From Macrostomum lignano (Eukaryota): 64,000 bases of DNA. The stretch spans positions 62,001-126,000 of the forward strand of contig NIVC01000504.1 in NCBI GenBank assembly GCA_002269645.1, given 5' to 3'. The position numbers and the translations under genes are program-made. Shown here piece after piece: positions 25,041 to 44,200 of the stretch. The first letter of the stretch is position 1. Each line of letters begins with the position of its first letter. Below the pieces are notes generated by a model. That model saw only the letters and a list, made by a program, of their open reading frames with translations. It searched no databases and was not told the origin of the DNA.

Positions 25041-26381
25041 GATTAGTTGTTGTCTTTCTAAAAAACAAACTAACTTTAAAAGTGCATAGTACCATTTAGT
25101 ATTAACTCTAAGGTTCAAAATTTTATATAAAGTTAAAGCCATACAAATAAATCAAAGATTGTTTGTTTAAAATTGGAAAAAAAGTTAGTAAGTTAAGCAG
25201 TGCTATAGGCCTAGTTGAAGATTTTAGTGAAAAAAAATATTACTTTTAACTATTTTTAGCTATGTGCACTTCTAGTTTTAGGTAGGAACTGTTGAATTTA
25301 AGAAATTTTATTTTAAGATGGCCCAAAATTTTAGCTAGAATTTTGGGTACTCAAAATTTTAGGCATTTTCATTGCAATTTTTTGGGTTATAATTTTTTCA
25401 AGTATTACACTTTTGGGTATATTGATACCTGAAATTTCAAGCTCATTCTTATATCTAAAGCTAAGTGGATTGATCAATCAAATGGCCAAGTTTAATGTGT
25501 ATCTCTTCCTAGACGGCTGCTAACTCAAATGCAAAACTTATATGTATGAATAGAGAATTTTCATAACCTTTGGCCAGCCTGCTTCTCTATTAGAAAGGTT
25601 GCAGCCTGTTTGTAATAGCCACCCCAACCTCTACCCACAGGTTGCTGTGTATTGGAAAGGTAGATGCATTCAATGCAAATAAAACCCTTGCATGTTAGAT
25701 GTTCAATTAAATTTAATGATTCCCCTAGAATAGGGGGTTGGGCTTGTGCTTAGTGTATATAGCAATTGTAACAGTGTAAGCAGATAGCTAGGACTATGCC
25801 AAGATTCAATTGGTTTTATTATTGCCACCTTTCCCTATGTATTAGCTAAGCAGTGAATTTGAGTGAAAGCATCACCCTAACACTAGAGTCTAGACTAGGC
25901 ACTACTAGGGCATGGATAGGATACCAGACATAACATAGTCATAATTACGAGTAGTGAATCTATCTATATAAATCAATAATAAGCCCATAAACTTAATATA
26001 GAAAACAAGAGGCAAATCTAAATCTGCCCCCATTTAACTTCTCCCCATTCTCTGTATGTTTGTCACTTTAGCCACCCTTCCTTTCTCTTCCAGTCCCTCA
26101 ATGTTTGCCAATTTAAACTGTCTTTCTCTCTCTCTCCTCAAAATAGAGTTTTATGGGTTTGTTCACCACCTAAACTTGTGGGCTCCACTGATCACCTCCT
26201 TTCATTAGGCCTATTTGACCCTAAACCCCCAAGTTGGCAACCCCCAAACACCAACACCAAAAGCCTAGTCTTTTGCACAGCTTTATATTGACAAATGAAA
26301 TTGAAAAGGTTGCTAGGCACATTCTTGTTGTGCCTGCCTCCAGTGTATTGTCTTCAGTGCTGAGGGACTCATTGTGACTAA

Positions 26382-28068
26382 GGGCAATTCCACGAATGGG
26401 TTACCACTAGGACAAAAATAAAAAAATTGTTGAATAATGACAACTTTATGTTTATAATATAGTTAAACATGTATATTTTTGTCCTTTTTATTTTTTTTAA
26501 TCTGCTGCCTTTTTCATTTGATTTTTTGCTCCCAATGTGCATACCCTTCACCTGGACCTAAATATAATGCTTTTCTTATAATAAATATAATTTCATTCCC
26601 TGGCTGTTTGGTATTTCATTGAGCCATACTTTTTTTTCTATACGTTAAGTGTGTCTTTTGCAGCTTATTGCAATCTTTCTTTTTAATGTAAAGTTCATAG
26701 GACAATGAATATTGGACTTCAAAGTTAAAAAACTGTAGTACAGCTACGACCATCACAAAAAAATCTAAAAAGGTTTTTCTTGGCTTTCCTGTAAGACCTA
26801 CTATTGTAAAAATGCACAAAAAATTAGTCTTTCATGTGTACTTTTATTTGGTAAAATTTGGTTCACATAAGTCTTAAGGGCTAGTAGAAAAAAGTCTGCA
26901 AAGTTAGCTATGACCGTCACAGGAATTTTGTATCTAATGACACTCTATGGTATACCAGCTGGTATACTTTCATATCATTTTCTTTTACGAATTGAAATCA
27001 AGTTAAAGGCATTATTAAACTTTCAATGTACCATATATTCAGTTTTGCAGCATCTTTAGCCCCCCACGCCCAAGAACAATCGTGGGCACTTTGAGTTCCC
27101 CATCCCATTTTGAGTTTGACTATAATTTGTATCCCGACTGGGTGGCTATATGTCTGCAGCTGTCTGATTAAATAACTGTTCACTATTGGTGTGTATCTGC
27201 CCCTGACTATACGTGACTAAATGCCCTTGACTTTGTTCACCTGGGCTAATGATTGTTCACCCCAACTACTGTTGATTTTGCTGTCAGCGTTTTGCTGTTC
27301 CCCCAGTTGCTCATAGCAGTTACTTTCCTAGTAGTCAATTTACCATTTTCTAATTCAAATGCATTTTCTAACTCATTTTATAGTTAAATTGCACACATGT
27401 TTTAATGTTGGATTAGCGCCATTTACCAGATGGATGCCAGGGGTCACTTGATAGGATAGCTAACTGGGGTCATTGTCCAGCAGCCTTCCATCGGAAGCTC
27501 CAACGATGACCCCCATAATAATGATTTTAGTCACTTATAATTACTGTTGAAATACGTAACATTGGTGTACAATTTGAATTATGACCTTTAGTAGTCTTTT
27601 TTTGTTTGTGTTACATGCAGTTTTCAATTTTTCTGAGTTGGTTAGAGTGGGTAAATTGAAGGCTACAACCGTCACGCTACGACCGTCGCAACAAAAAATA
27701 ATCATAAAAATTAATAAAAAAAGAGTACTATGCCTAGCTTTGTCTCTTTTTTTCAAGGTGCTAGTGTTTTTTATCAGAAACAGGAACAATTTAGATACCT
27801 AAGCAGTTGTAATTCTCAGGATTTAAAATTCTTTTTTTCCAACTGCACCTGTGGTTTTTCCTGGCACCTGTGGCTACGACTGTCACACCCACTAAATCAT
27901 GTCCCATTTGTTTAAAATAAATTTCTGTGTGCAGAAATGTTTGTTTTCCCTAGACTGCATTACAGAATTGTTCTTTTGAGACAAAAAACTCTGGTATAAG
28001 TATTTTTTTGTGTCAGAATTAAAGTTCAAAGTCATCAAGCTACGACCGTCACACTCATGGAATTGCCC
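26382..28068. mobile_element. Non-autonomous TIR element with 4-bp TSD CTAA
   Basis: Ends GGGCAATTCCACGA and TCATGGAATTGCCC, with CTAA on both flanks. Internal dispersed GCTACGACCGTCAC motifs at ~26742, 26907, 27661, 27871 and 28038. Confidence 0.75.
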
Positions 28069-28410
28069 CTAAGAAGAAGAATAGGCTTTCAGCTGAAACT
28101 TCACAATAGCTTTTGTTCATCAAAGCTAGATTGCTTTGCCTTTGTTGGCTTTAAAATTTTGGGTCATTTTCAGGTTTCGGGTAAATATCAAATTTCAATT
28201 TCGAGTTTTGGGACATTAGGTGGTAGCAAAAATCACTTTCGGTCATCTCTAATTTTATTAAAGTAAACCTAAGACTTTCTATATTAGTGAGTTAGGTGTA
28301 GGTGTAAAATTTGTTGTCATTTTGTCATTTTGTCAATTTTGTATTTTAAAACTGTATACAAATGTAATTAATAAAAATTGACAAATTATATTTGTAAATA
28401 ACTTTTTCAG

Positions 28411-34661
<6,251 letters not shown>

Positions 34662-35108
34662 CCTGCCTCTGTTGACCTGTTAGTCTACATGTATCCCCTA
34701 CGATCACATCTGTATTAATAGCATCATCAAATTAATGTTACTATAAATTAAATATATACTAAGAAATTCTTTCTATTCTTTTTTTTCATATGTACATCAA
34801 AATTGGATTCAGCCTGGATATTTTTTCATATCAAACAATATTTTATTTTTTTACAAAACAATCATGCAGAAAGGCCATAAAAAGTAACACCGAGATTACA
34901 ATACTTTTAACAAAAGATTAAACAGGAAGGCGGTGTAATTGCCCTTCTGAATAATGTTAAAAAAGTATTAAGCAAGATGATTTTAATAAACAAGCAAATT
35001 ATGATGATACAAATGATACAAATTATACCGAAAAAAAAACAGAAAGGCGATGTCATTGCCTCTCTGACATTTTCCCGAACCGAAACTTGGCCGAACAGCT
35101 GGCCAGCA

Positions 35109-38100
35109 TCAGATGAAGCTGGCGTCCAGATCAGCCACCGGTCTGTTGCGCCGGTCCCACAAGCTTGGTGGAGCGACAATCGCCGACGAACTGCCGCTGG
35201 TCCAAATTGGATCCATTGGCAGTTGAATAATGATTGTCGACTGGATATCTTTCCATTCGACTCCATTACTGTTGCCATGGAGACAGATAGTGACAAAAAA
35301 GCGTTCGACGTTTGTAAATTCCTGATGGTTGTCGGTGCATTTTGTCAGTTTTAGGCGAAGTCGGTGCTAAAATAGATTTAAAGATAAAGACAACTTTATT
35401 TTAGTTTATTTGTCTTTTATTTCCTTCACTTAATTTTGGGTTAGAAATTAAAATAAAAAATTACCCAATTGAGTTCGAAATTGACCAGAGATACTTTATC
35501 CGAGTTGGTTAGCGTGACGCCAGTGAGATTGTCGTAACCTAAAACGTTACAAGTTTTTACGAGCATATTCTTTTTAATAACCAATGAGTGAATGACATTG
35601 ACATACTGCATATTTGCAAAAAAGTTTTGGCAACGGGGCTAGTCCATGCCCAGCCAGACGCTCTGTCAACTGTAGAAAGGCTTCAAGTCAGGACTGTAGG
35701 GTGTGTATCATGTGTAAACTAGGCCGAAGGCAGGCTGAAGCTAGTCTACGAAGTGGTTAAAGCCAAGCAAGATATTTTACCAATTTTTTAACTATTTGAT
35801 GGGGCTTGGTCACCGACAATCTGTGTGCTCCAGTATGAATTTTCACAGAGTTGTGATGGCATAAAAATAGGTAAAAAACGCACATTTTCAGAACTGAACT
35901 TTTCTTTCTTCAGTCATAGGTTGGAAGTGAGGCTTGATTATTAGGCAGATATATGGAGCTGTAATTTTCCCAATACAGTTAATGCCTCTCTACCTCTTTA
36001 TGGCAAAAGTCTGCTGTCATAGAAATGTTATTAATAACTTTATTAGTACTGAGGTACGGAATGCTATAAAAATCGCACGTGTTCTCAATGCCTGCCGAAT
36101 TGGTACGAGCGTACTAGCATGTGCTCCGGCTTATGCTTAAAATAGAATTGGCGTCATAAATTGGTTCCATGTTGGCTAAGGCAGAGGGAAAGGGATTTAG
36201 TGCAGGCTATTTTACTATACTCAACAGCTCAAAACGAACACTCACCAGTAATTATAGGCCGACTAAAATGTACCAGTACTTCAACGATATCCCCATTTTT
36301 AAGTGTAATATCGTATGGTTGAACATCCGATACAGTTGGAGGCTTCGGCAAGTCTACAATCGGGCACAATTCGATTCATATTGTCAATAGTAGCTCAAAA
36401 CTTCAAGTTAAAAAACACCTTATGTGGCAGGTACTCTGATAATCATGCACATCATTAATAGCTGTATTCACGTTGCCTTTCTTTTACGCACAAATTTTGT
36501 TCTTGATAAAAAAATTTGACATCTATAAGCGTAAAATATTATTTTCTTAGCCATAAATACTCACGTGCCATTAATACTAGTAAGTATGTTACCTAGCGGA
36601 AATTTTGTTTGAATGTGACCGCCATTTTTGCTGAAAATCATTTAAATATAAGCGAAATAATTGACAGGAGAGTATACTCCTTGCCTAGCACTTTCTGTTA
36701 GTCTAGCAAAGGTTTTAATCGAACAGTTGTTCTAAAAATAGATCTGACTCTGTGTCATTTCTTTGAAGGCCTTCTCTCTCCCCCAAAGGTTTTGTTTAGC
36801 TATAAGCGTACAGCCTTTCCCCTTCTCCCCAAGAGAACGTACAGTCTCTTCCCTAGTAATTATCCTAAACCCCTCCCCCTTCCCTTTATCAGTTGGACAG
36901 GCGTGTTGCCTTCCCCCCTCTTTCCCAGATCTCTGGTTAACCTGGCGATTTGCCAACTCCCCATCCAGGCGCACTGTTTGCTCAGGCCTTAGCCTATCTA
37001 CAGACCCTTCCCTTAATATCATTTACTTTGTCTCCCTATCCCATTAGGCATTCCCTAACCATTTAGCTCCCAACTATTAGGCAACCATTAGGCGCTCTGC
37101 CCTTATCTAATTCCCTATTAAGCGCATCCCCCACCATGTCAGCATTCCCTACTAGCTATTAAGATTCCCCTATAGTGCGCCCCGTTTCTCAGGCAACTCC
37201 GATCCATCGCGTAGCCCTCCCTTGGATTAGTTTAAGTTAATATAGACAGTGTCTTGCCGCTCGGACACTTCCACGCTCCGGGAGTTACAATAAGCATACT
37301 TCTTTCAGTAATAGAATTTGCGTATTTTCCCCAAATCCCCAAGAAACTTCCGAAATTCCCCAGTAACCTCCGACCCCACAACAGAATTGGTGACAAACAG
37401 TGAGATTAAACTGGCTACCGGACATTTGCCCTCCGGAATTTGCCCTCCCGACATTTGCCCTCCGGCATTTGCCCTCCGGACATTTGCCCTCCGGCATTTC
37501 CCCTCCGGACATTTGCCCTCGAGGACATTTGCCCTCGGGGACATTTGCCCTCCGGACATTTGCCCTCCGGACGTTTGCCCTCAAGACATTTCCCCTCTGG
37601 AAATGAAATTTCTCCACAATCATGAAACAAAAAAATTTCCCTTCAGTGTGTGTCCAAACAAGTAAGTAATAATAAATAAATGATTACACCTGCCCAATGG
37701 GCAGATGTGCAACCGACAGCTCAGCCGCAGCTATTGCGCGGCGCATCTGAAGGCTGCGTACGGCTGTTCAGTCCAAGGACTGGGGGGTCGCCACACACAC
37801 CCTCAATTACCCCAGCTAATGCTGGTACCCATTTTACAGCTGGGTAAACTGAAGCAACGCAGAGTTAAGTGTCTTGCTCAAGGACACAAATTGTTGCAGA
37901 GGGATCGGGAATCGAACCCCCGACCTTCAAGTCGTGAGTCCGACGCCCTAACCACTAGGCTACAACCCCTACCAACCCCTACACAAATGTACAAGAATTA
38001 CGAGAGAAAAGTCTAAAGTCTTAAGCTTTTGAGACACTTTTAAGTTTTTCTTAACGGTATTATTGTTTTATTTATTAATATAACGGTTTTCATCAACTTT

Positions 38101-41100
38101 TTAACAGCAAATGTCCCCGAGGGGAAATGTCCGGAGGGCAAATGTCCGGAGGGGAAATGTCCCGGAGGGCAAACGCCGCCGAGGGGAAGTGCCGGAGGGC
38201 AAGTGCCGGAGGGCAAATGTCCGGAAGCGGATTAAACTATAGATAAACACCCCTGTAACACTTATAGCTACGATTTACTTTAAACACTTACAGACCAGGT
38301 CTTCTGATGACAACTCAGCCCAATGCCACTTGTCAGTATTGCCATTGCTGTGTAGCTGGTAACGACACAGCAGTTTCAGTTGTAGGGAGTATGGATTTGA
38401 ACTTGGCTTTGGCTTGATTGAACTTTGCAGTCCTGTATTTGCGGATAGAAAAATAGTAAGGCATGATTGTTGAGTAGTGAAGACCAATTGTAAGTACAAA
38501 TACTTTTGGAAAATACGTTAACAAATACAATCAATGATAATATGCTTGATATAGCTACTCGTAGCTCTTACAAGCTATATTACTGCCCTACAAAAAGTAA
38601 ACTTTGAACAGTTAACAGTTACGCATAAAATAACATCCCCCCTCAGATTTGCTTCTTTGGCATACAGAATGGCTGAGGATCGCCGAGGCCTAGAAGCAAT
38701 GGATAAAGGAATAGAAAGGATTGCTCGTCTAAAACAGAGTCTATGGTCAAGGCTTCCTAAAAACTGGGATATCCCCCCCCCATGAATTTTACTGGCTGCT
38801 CTAATTTAATAATAGTCCCAGTTCTTACTGGCTGAAGCTTGTACGCGGGAGAAATTCCAAAGTCACGATTAACGCACATACTATGCTGTAGTATATTAAA
38901 CACAGACAACCTTTTGTTTTAAATGCTAATTTCTTTCCCTTAAGCCGTCGTGGCCCAGAGGAAGAAAACAGTTATAGATGTCCGTATAAAGAATTCTATT
39001 TCTTCGTCCATTCAACAAATAGTTTTGTTTTTGTTCTGTGTAATTCCTTCATCCATGCTAGAAGCCCAGTCCGAAGCCATTCTTTACGCCATAGACAGCA
39101 AATCGGGGGGGGGGGTGTGTGTTATTATATTTTTGAACCTAAGTGTGGCTCAGCCAGGCGCTGTTCTGCCTTCTGCACTAGCTGATTTCACGGCCCGGCC
39201 GTGAAATATTTCTTGGCCCCGCCATTATATAAAAAGCGTTATACATACCATAGACTTTAATTAAGACGAGAACCACGGGCGTGGTGTGAGTTGTGTTACA
39301 TGAGGGTGAGATCTAAGAAAAGTTGACCAACTGGTTTTGGGTGTGAAAACTTTAACATATTGATGAGTGTATGATTGTGCTGTTTTGCTTGTCTTTGCCT
39401 TGATATCTTACAGCCAGAGCAGGAATGACAAGCATGGCCCAGTGTAGGCCTGATTATATGAATAGATGTAGAGACCAGGCAAAGGAAGAGGCAGTGAAAC
39501 AGAAAATGCAGACTGCTGTCATGCCACTTACAGAAACTTGACATTAAGAAATGAATTGAACAGTAAACTGTTTGCTGCCAACATCTGCTTTTGTGCAGTG
39601 CAATTCTAAAGATGTTAACTGACAAATCGTCGAGTGTAAGGTGGTTGTAGCTTAGTGGTCAGAGCATCGGACTCGTGACTTGAAAGTCGAGGGTTCGAAT
39701 CCCGAACCCACTCGGAACAATTTGTGCCCTTGAGCAAGACACTTAACTCTGCATTGCTTCGGTTCATCCCCAAGATGTAAATGGGTTCCAGCATTAGCTG
39801 GGGTAATTGAGGGTGTTTGTGGCGACCCCCAGTCTTTGACTGAACAGCCGTACGCAGACGCAGCCTTCAGATGCGCGGAGCAATAGCTGCGGCTATAAGC
39901 TGTCGGTAGCACATCTGGCCCAAATGCAAATGCAGAGCTTGCAAAAGCATCATCACTCGTCGTGAAATCTTTATCACTAGAGGGTTGACGCCATGTGACA
40001 GCGAGAGTCAGTAGGGGGTTAGCTGTTTCTGATAGTCTATTTAAGTTTTTATGCCAATTGATGTTTAAGATAAGTAGCAATCTGAAAATTAGAAGACAAA
40101 GAAGGCAATAAAATCAATGAAGAACAAGTTATACAGACTTAAGAGTTGGAGACAGATTCATGTGAAAGATTTTTTAATGGAATTCTGAAAAATTGTGCCC
40201 CAATAGCAATAGGCAGATGTGCAACCGACAGCTCAGCTGCAGCCATTGCGCAGGCGCATCTGAAGGCTGCGTACGGCTGTTCAGTCCAAGGATGGGGCCG
40301 GGGGGTCGCCACACACAGCCTCAATTACCCCAGCTAATGCTGGCACCCATTTTACAGCTGGGAGAACTGAAGCAATGTGGAGCTGTGTCTTGCTCAAGGA
40401 CACAATTATTCAAAGTGGGTCAGGAATCAAAGAGATGTAACCTAGTCACTGGCAGAGAAAGTTAATATTTCTATCATTTTACTTTAGTATGGATGTATTT
40501 TGTTCTTTTTTTAAGGTCTATAGCAATAGTTTTTGTTTTGTGAAAATTTTAAGCTTATAAAATATAAGTATTACTGGTGCTTCAGCTTCAAAAAGCTATA
40601 TGCTGGTCAGGAAGAATTAAGTGGGTCCTATTATTAATAAAAGTTTTAAATGGCATATGATACAAAATAAACTTACCAGGATAGCCAAGCTGGGTTATAA
40701 ACTCTTGATATTTCAAGTGGCTTGTCTCATCTCGTTCTCCAATAGTCACAAAAAAGATTTCATTAATTTCATTACTAAAATATTAACAAAAAAATATTTA
40801 AACTTGAATTGAAAAAAATCTAACAGCATAGTTTAAATAGTCCAAAAATTATCTTACCATTTCATATCACTTGGAGTATAGTCAAAGACAATGATGCCAA
40901 CATGATTGTGGCATTGCTTACTATCAAGATAGCATTCAGAGATTCCAGAATTAGTTTTATCAAACTGACAAATAATTAGAAAGCATTCAACTTTTTTAAC
41001 AGTTCCAGTAAATCTAATACAGATATGTATTTTCAGTTTTTCAGATGGGTCTTGTGAATTGTAGATATTCTTGGATGTCTTGATTGTGCCCTAAAATAAA

Positions 41101-41254
41101 AGTTAAAGCAAATAAATAATAAAACAAGTCTTAGAAATATTTGTCAATGAAAAACAAATGGTTGAAACTAATGGACTTACAAAAATAGAAGGGCTTTGAT
41201 TAGCTCTTTGTATTTCTTGGAGCATTTCCATTTTAGCAGACACTAGCTGTTTAC
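35109..41254 (-). CDS. Second divergent Rel-homology gene (paralog, tail-to-tail with the first); start and one internal exon unresolved
   Basis: In-phase GT-AG exons 41254-41181, 41090-40858, 40774-40677, 38432-38292 and 36353-36246, then last exon 35366-35109. The last exon aligns with gene 1: HRLRLKLTK/NLLKLQLTK, ERFFVTICL/EQFMAKLCL, PSLWDRRNRP/PSLHNRAKRP. YLDSKQCHNHVGII..PSDM resembles the RHD LVGKHC..GI..PKDM segment. Several intron positions and phases are shared with gene 1. Confidence 0.65.
37413..38229. mobile_element. Mutator-like non-autonomous element (9-bp TSD) containing a SINE
   Basis: Arms of ~15-bp GGACATTTGCCCTCC repeats in inverted orientation (37413-37600, 38105-38229). 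GATTAAACT lies at 37404-37412 and 38230-38238. Confidence 0.8.
37665..37969 (-). mobile_element. tRNA-derived SINE, copy 1
   Basis: A box TAGCCTAGTGG, B box GGTTCGATTCC, core GTGTCCTTGAGCAAGACACTTAAC and a TTA-rich tail; homologous to three other copies in the window. Confidence 0.85.
39641..39925 (+). mobile_element. tRNA-derived SINE, copy 2
   Basis: Same head (TAGCTTAGTGG, GGTTCGAATCC) and core as copy 1. Confidence 0.85.
40205..40420 (-). mobile_element. SINE copy 3, 5'-truncated (tRNA head lost)
   Basis: gcagatgtgcaaccgacagctcag..tgtcttgctcaaggacacaa matches copy 1. Confidence 0.8.
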
Positions 41255-44200
41255 CTAAAAAACAAAAAGGGTTATTAATATTAGCATAGAAAAATTTATT
41301 TATGATAGAAAGTATAACATACATATTAATAGTGCCACAATTATTCTTGAGAATATTTTACTTAGAAGGTTTTTCTACTCTATGCTTATGCTTGTACAAG
41401 CTATATTTAGAACTAAATATTATATGGACTATAATGGCTCAAGTTACAAGGGTTCTAATTATTTGGGTGAACTGAAAGTTTAGTCTATTGTAAAGAAAAG
41501 ATTGGTTGTCAATTTAGGTTTAGTAGCTCAACTTGTTAGTCTTTGGCAATTGGGTTGGGACCCTAAATGTTTCAATCAAAAGTAATTCTTAAACAATGAA
41601 TGAGGTAGCCAGGAGCTAAGAGAGGCAATGGCAAGAATGGTAAGGAGGCAAGCTTTTTGCTTGGTTTAAGATATAAGGTAGAGATTGAGAAATTGTGCTT
41701 CTATCAAAAGTACCATTAATTTGCCTACCAGAATGGCACTTAGGTCTTAAGAATGGTAGAACATAGCAACAATAAAACTACCATGCTACCAGTGCTTGTT
41801 ACTAACTTACTAAACCATTACTAAGCCAAGACACTGCTTTATATTATTGAGCAATATCCATAGTTCAGATCATGCTAGGTGCATGCCTAAATGAAAATTG
41901 AACAATTACAAATGTACACCTATGCATCAAAAAGTTTTGAGTGCACACTAGGGATTTTGACCCCAGGAAATGCTCCTTGGGGCCCTAGGGAGCTTGTTGG
42001 AGAATACTCTCTAGGGAATTGGACCAGGGACCCTATCCCTAGGGAGAAAAATATGTATTTGTAACCTAATTTTTGTCATTTAAATAAGAAAATGATTCAT
42101 AGAAAGCTGATTGAAACTCTGTCTATGCTCTTTTATTGCAAAATTGCTTATTTTAATGTATTATTTCAAGCATAACACATAAACACAATAGTATCATATA
42201 TATATTTCCAAGAGTTCTATAGCACAAAAAGTTTTTATACCCTTACTTGTAACATTTCTAATGTTTGTACCTATATCAAAAGTGATTGCCTGGCCTACCT
42301 AGCATTGATTATAAGTTTTGCATAATCAATTTTTTATATTGTAACAATTAAACGTTTGAACATTATTTTGATGTCTGCCATTGGCATTATCTATGTTCTA
42401 ATAGTTTTATTGAATACGTTTTTCTAGTTTGTTTGTATGAAATTGAGCTAACTGAATAAAACTATATTTATACCCTAAAAAGCTTAATGATTTAGATTAG
42501 GGAGTCTAGTGAGATTTTAATTTTTTTGAATTTGTCCTCTATTTCAATACCATATGATAGATATTTGTTGTATAAGTAAAATGACACATTACTTTTGAAT
42601 TTTGGTTGAGTAATAAAAAAGTTATAGCACTTTTAGTGTTATATTTTTTGACATTTTTGTAATGCAATTTTCCCATAAGGCACTGTGATCATTTTTGCTC
42701 AAAAGGTCTAATTTTCCGAGTTATAGATAACATAACTTTTGAACAATTCAATGAATTTTCATTCCTAATATGTCATTTTTTAGCATTTTTTATTCTCAAA
42801 AAATAATATGCCATATATAGAATTTTAATCATTAAACCATAATTATGCCACTTTTGTCCTTATATAGATCATCCAGATACAACACCAAGTTGATCTAGCT
42901 GGCTGGCAAGGGGCCCAGCCAAGATAAACTGCAAAAATGCCCATTCAGAAAACTCTAATAGTACTAATTAGATGATGAGGCATTTAGCCCTTAAAATACA
43001 ATTATAGTTACTCCTGCCGTTTACCCAAACATTATATTAACTTTGATTATGCTTCTTTCATACTTAAGTTGCTTTTTTGATCAAAAAGTAATTCATACAG
43101 CCAGTGTATTCACATACATGCATGCTTATATGCACATATAATGTCCAATGCAATGAAACTTAATAGTAAAATTAAAATCAACTTGACTAATAAGATGATG
43201 AGTCACTTTATTATGAAACAATGGTAATAGTTACTCTTGCCATTTACCCAAAAATTAGTGCCATTACTGGAGTTGCAATAAGAGCTAGTAATGAGATCAT
43301 TGTTTTGTCCTGTTTGTATGCCATTTCGGATAATACAACAGAAAAAATAAACACCATCGATGCATATTTGAAAAAATTACATAACATTTTCTATTTTAAA
43401 TAGAAGTTTATGTGTATTTTGGATCCAACTTTGAATAAATATTATGAAAATGCGGGAATACATATGAACAAGCAGTTTTCTACATTGGAAACAATGTGGC
43501 TAGTATAATAGAAAGCATCATTCAAAAGTTCCATCAATGGTTTTTTAAAGGACAACAACTCAAAGCAAAAATTGCTGGCTTACTATAAGGGTATATTTTT
43601 CAGTTTTTTGTATTCAAATATATTTATATTCCATTATGTTTACTACCTTTTGTTACATTCGATCTAGTGTGCCTTGTTTTATAATATAGAATGCCTTCCA
43701 GTACAGATATGAACTAATCAACTATATTTACAAAACTTTTTCTTAGAAAATAGTATTTAAATTTATGCTAAAATGAAATTAGCATAATTTTTGTTTAAAT
43801 GCTGTGAAAGCAAATAACAGTTTACAAAATAAAATTTGTTTTAAATATATTGTGCAAGCAATATAAATAGAGGGCCAATGAGAGGCCAAGAAAAGCAACT
43901 TAAGCTTAGATGATTCTGTCTGTTGCCTTTTTTTTCCACAAGTCTTGTGAGTACAATCAATTTAGTCTTATTAAATTGCTATTTGCAGTGTTTGAAAGAC
44001 TTATTTATTTCCTTTAGAATATCAGAAATCTGCTAGAAGCAAGAATTGCCTGAGGGCAAAGAAATCACCTCATGGTAGAAAAATTGTATAAAGGCTGTAA
44101 CCCTCTGATCTAGGGAATTCCTAGGACTAAGAGAGAATCTCTATATGAGTAAATAGTAGGAACATATAGTGCTAGAAGACTGCTCAGGCCAAGAGTGCAA

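Noticed and set aside
35271-35284. RFX X-box GTTGCCATGGAGAC suggesting a ciliary-gene promoter
   Set aside because: It lies inside the coding last exon of Rel-like paralog 2 (minus strand), so it is probably coincidental.
34977-35354. Plus-strand ORF with CRLDIFPFD resembling a Cys-loop receptor motif
   Set aside because: The spacing is wrong and the second Cys is missing; the opposite strand encodes the exon homologous to gene 1.
38647-38785. Plus-strand candidate exon FASLAYRMAEDRRG.. as a third Rel paralog
   Set aside because: It has no usable donor or partner exons, and it has an inverted homolog at ~39025-39115 better explained as a transposon remnant.
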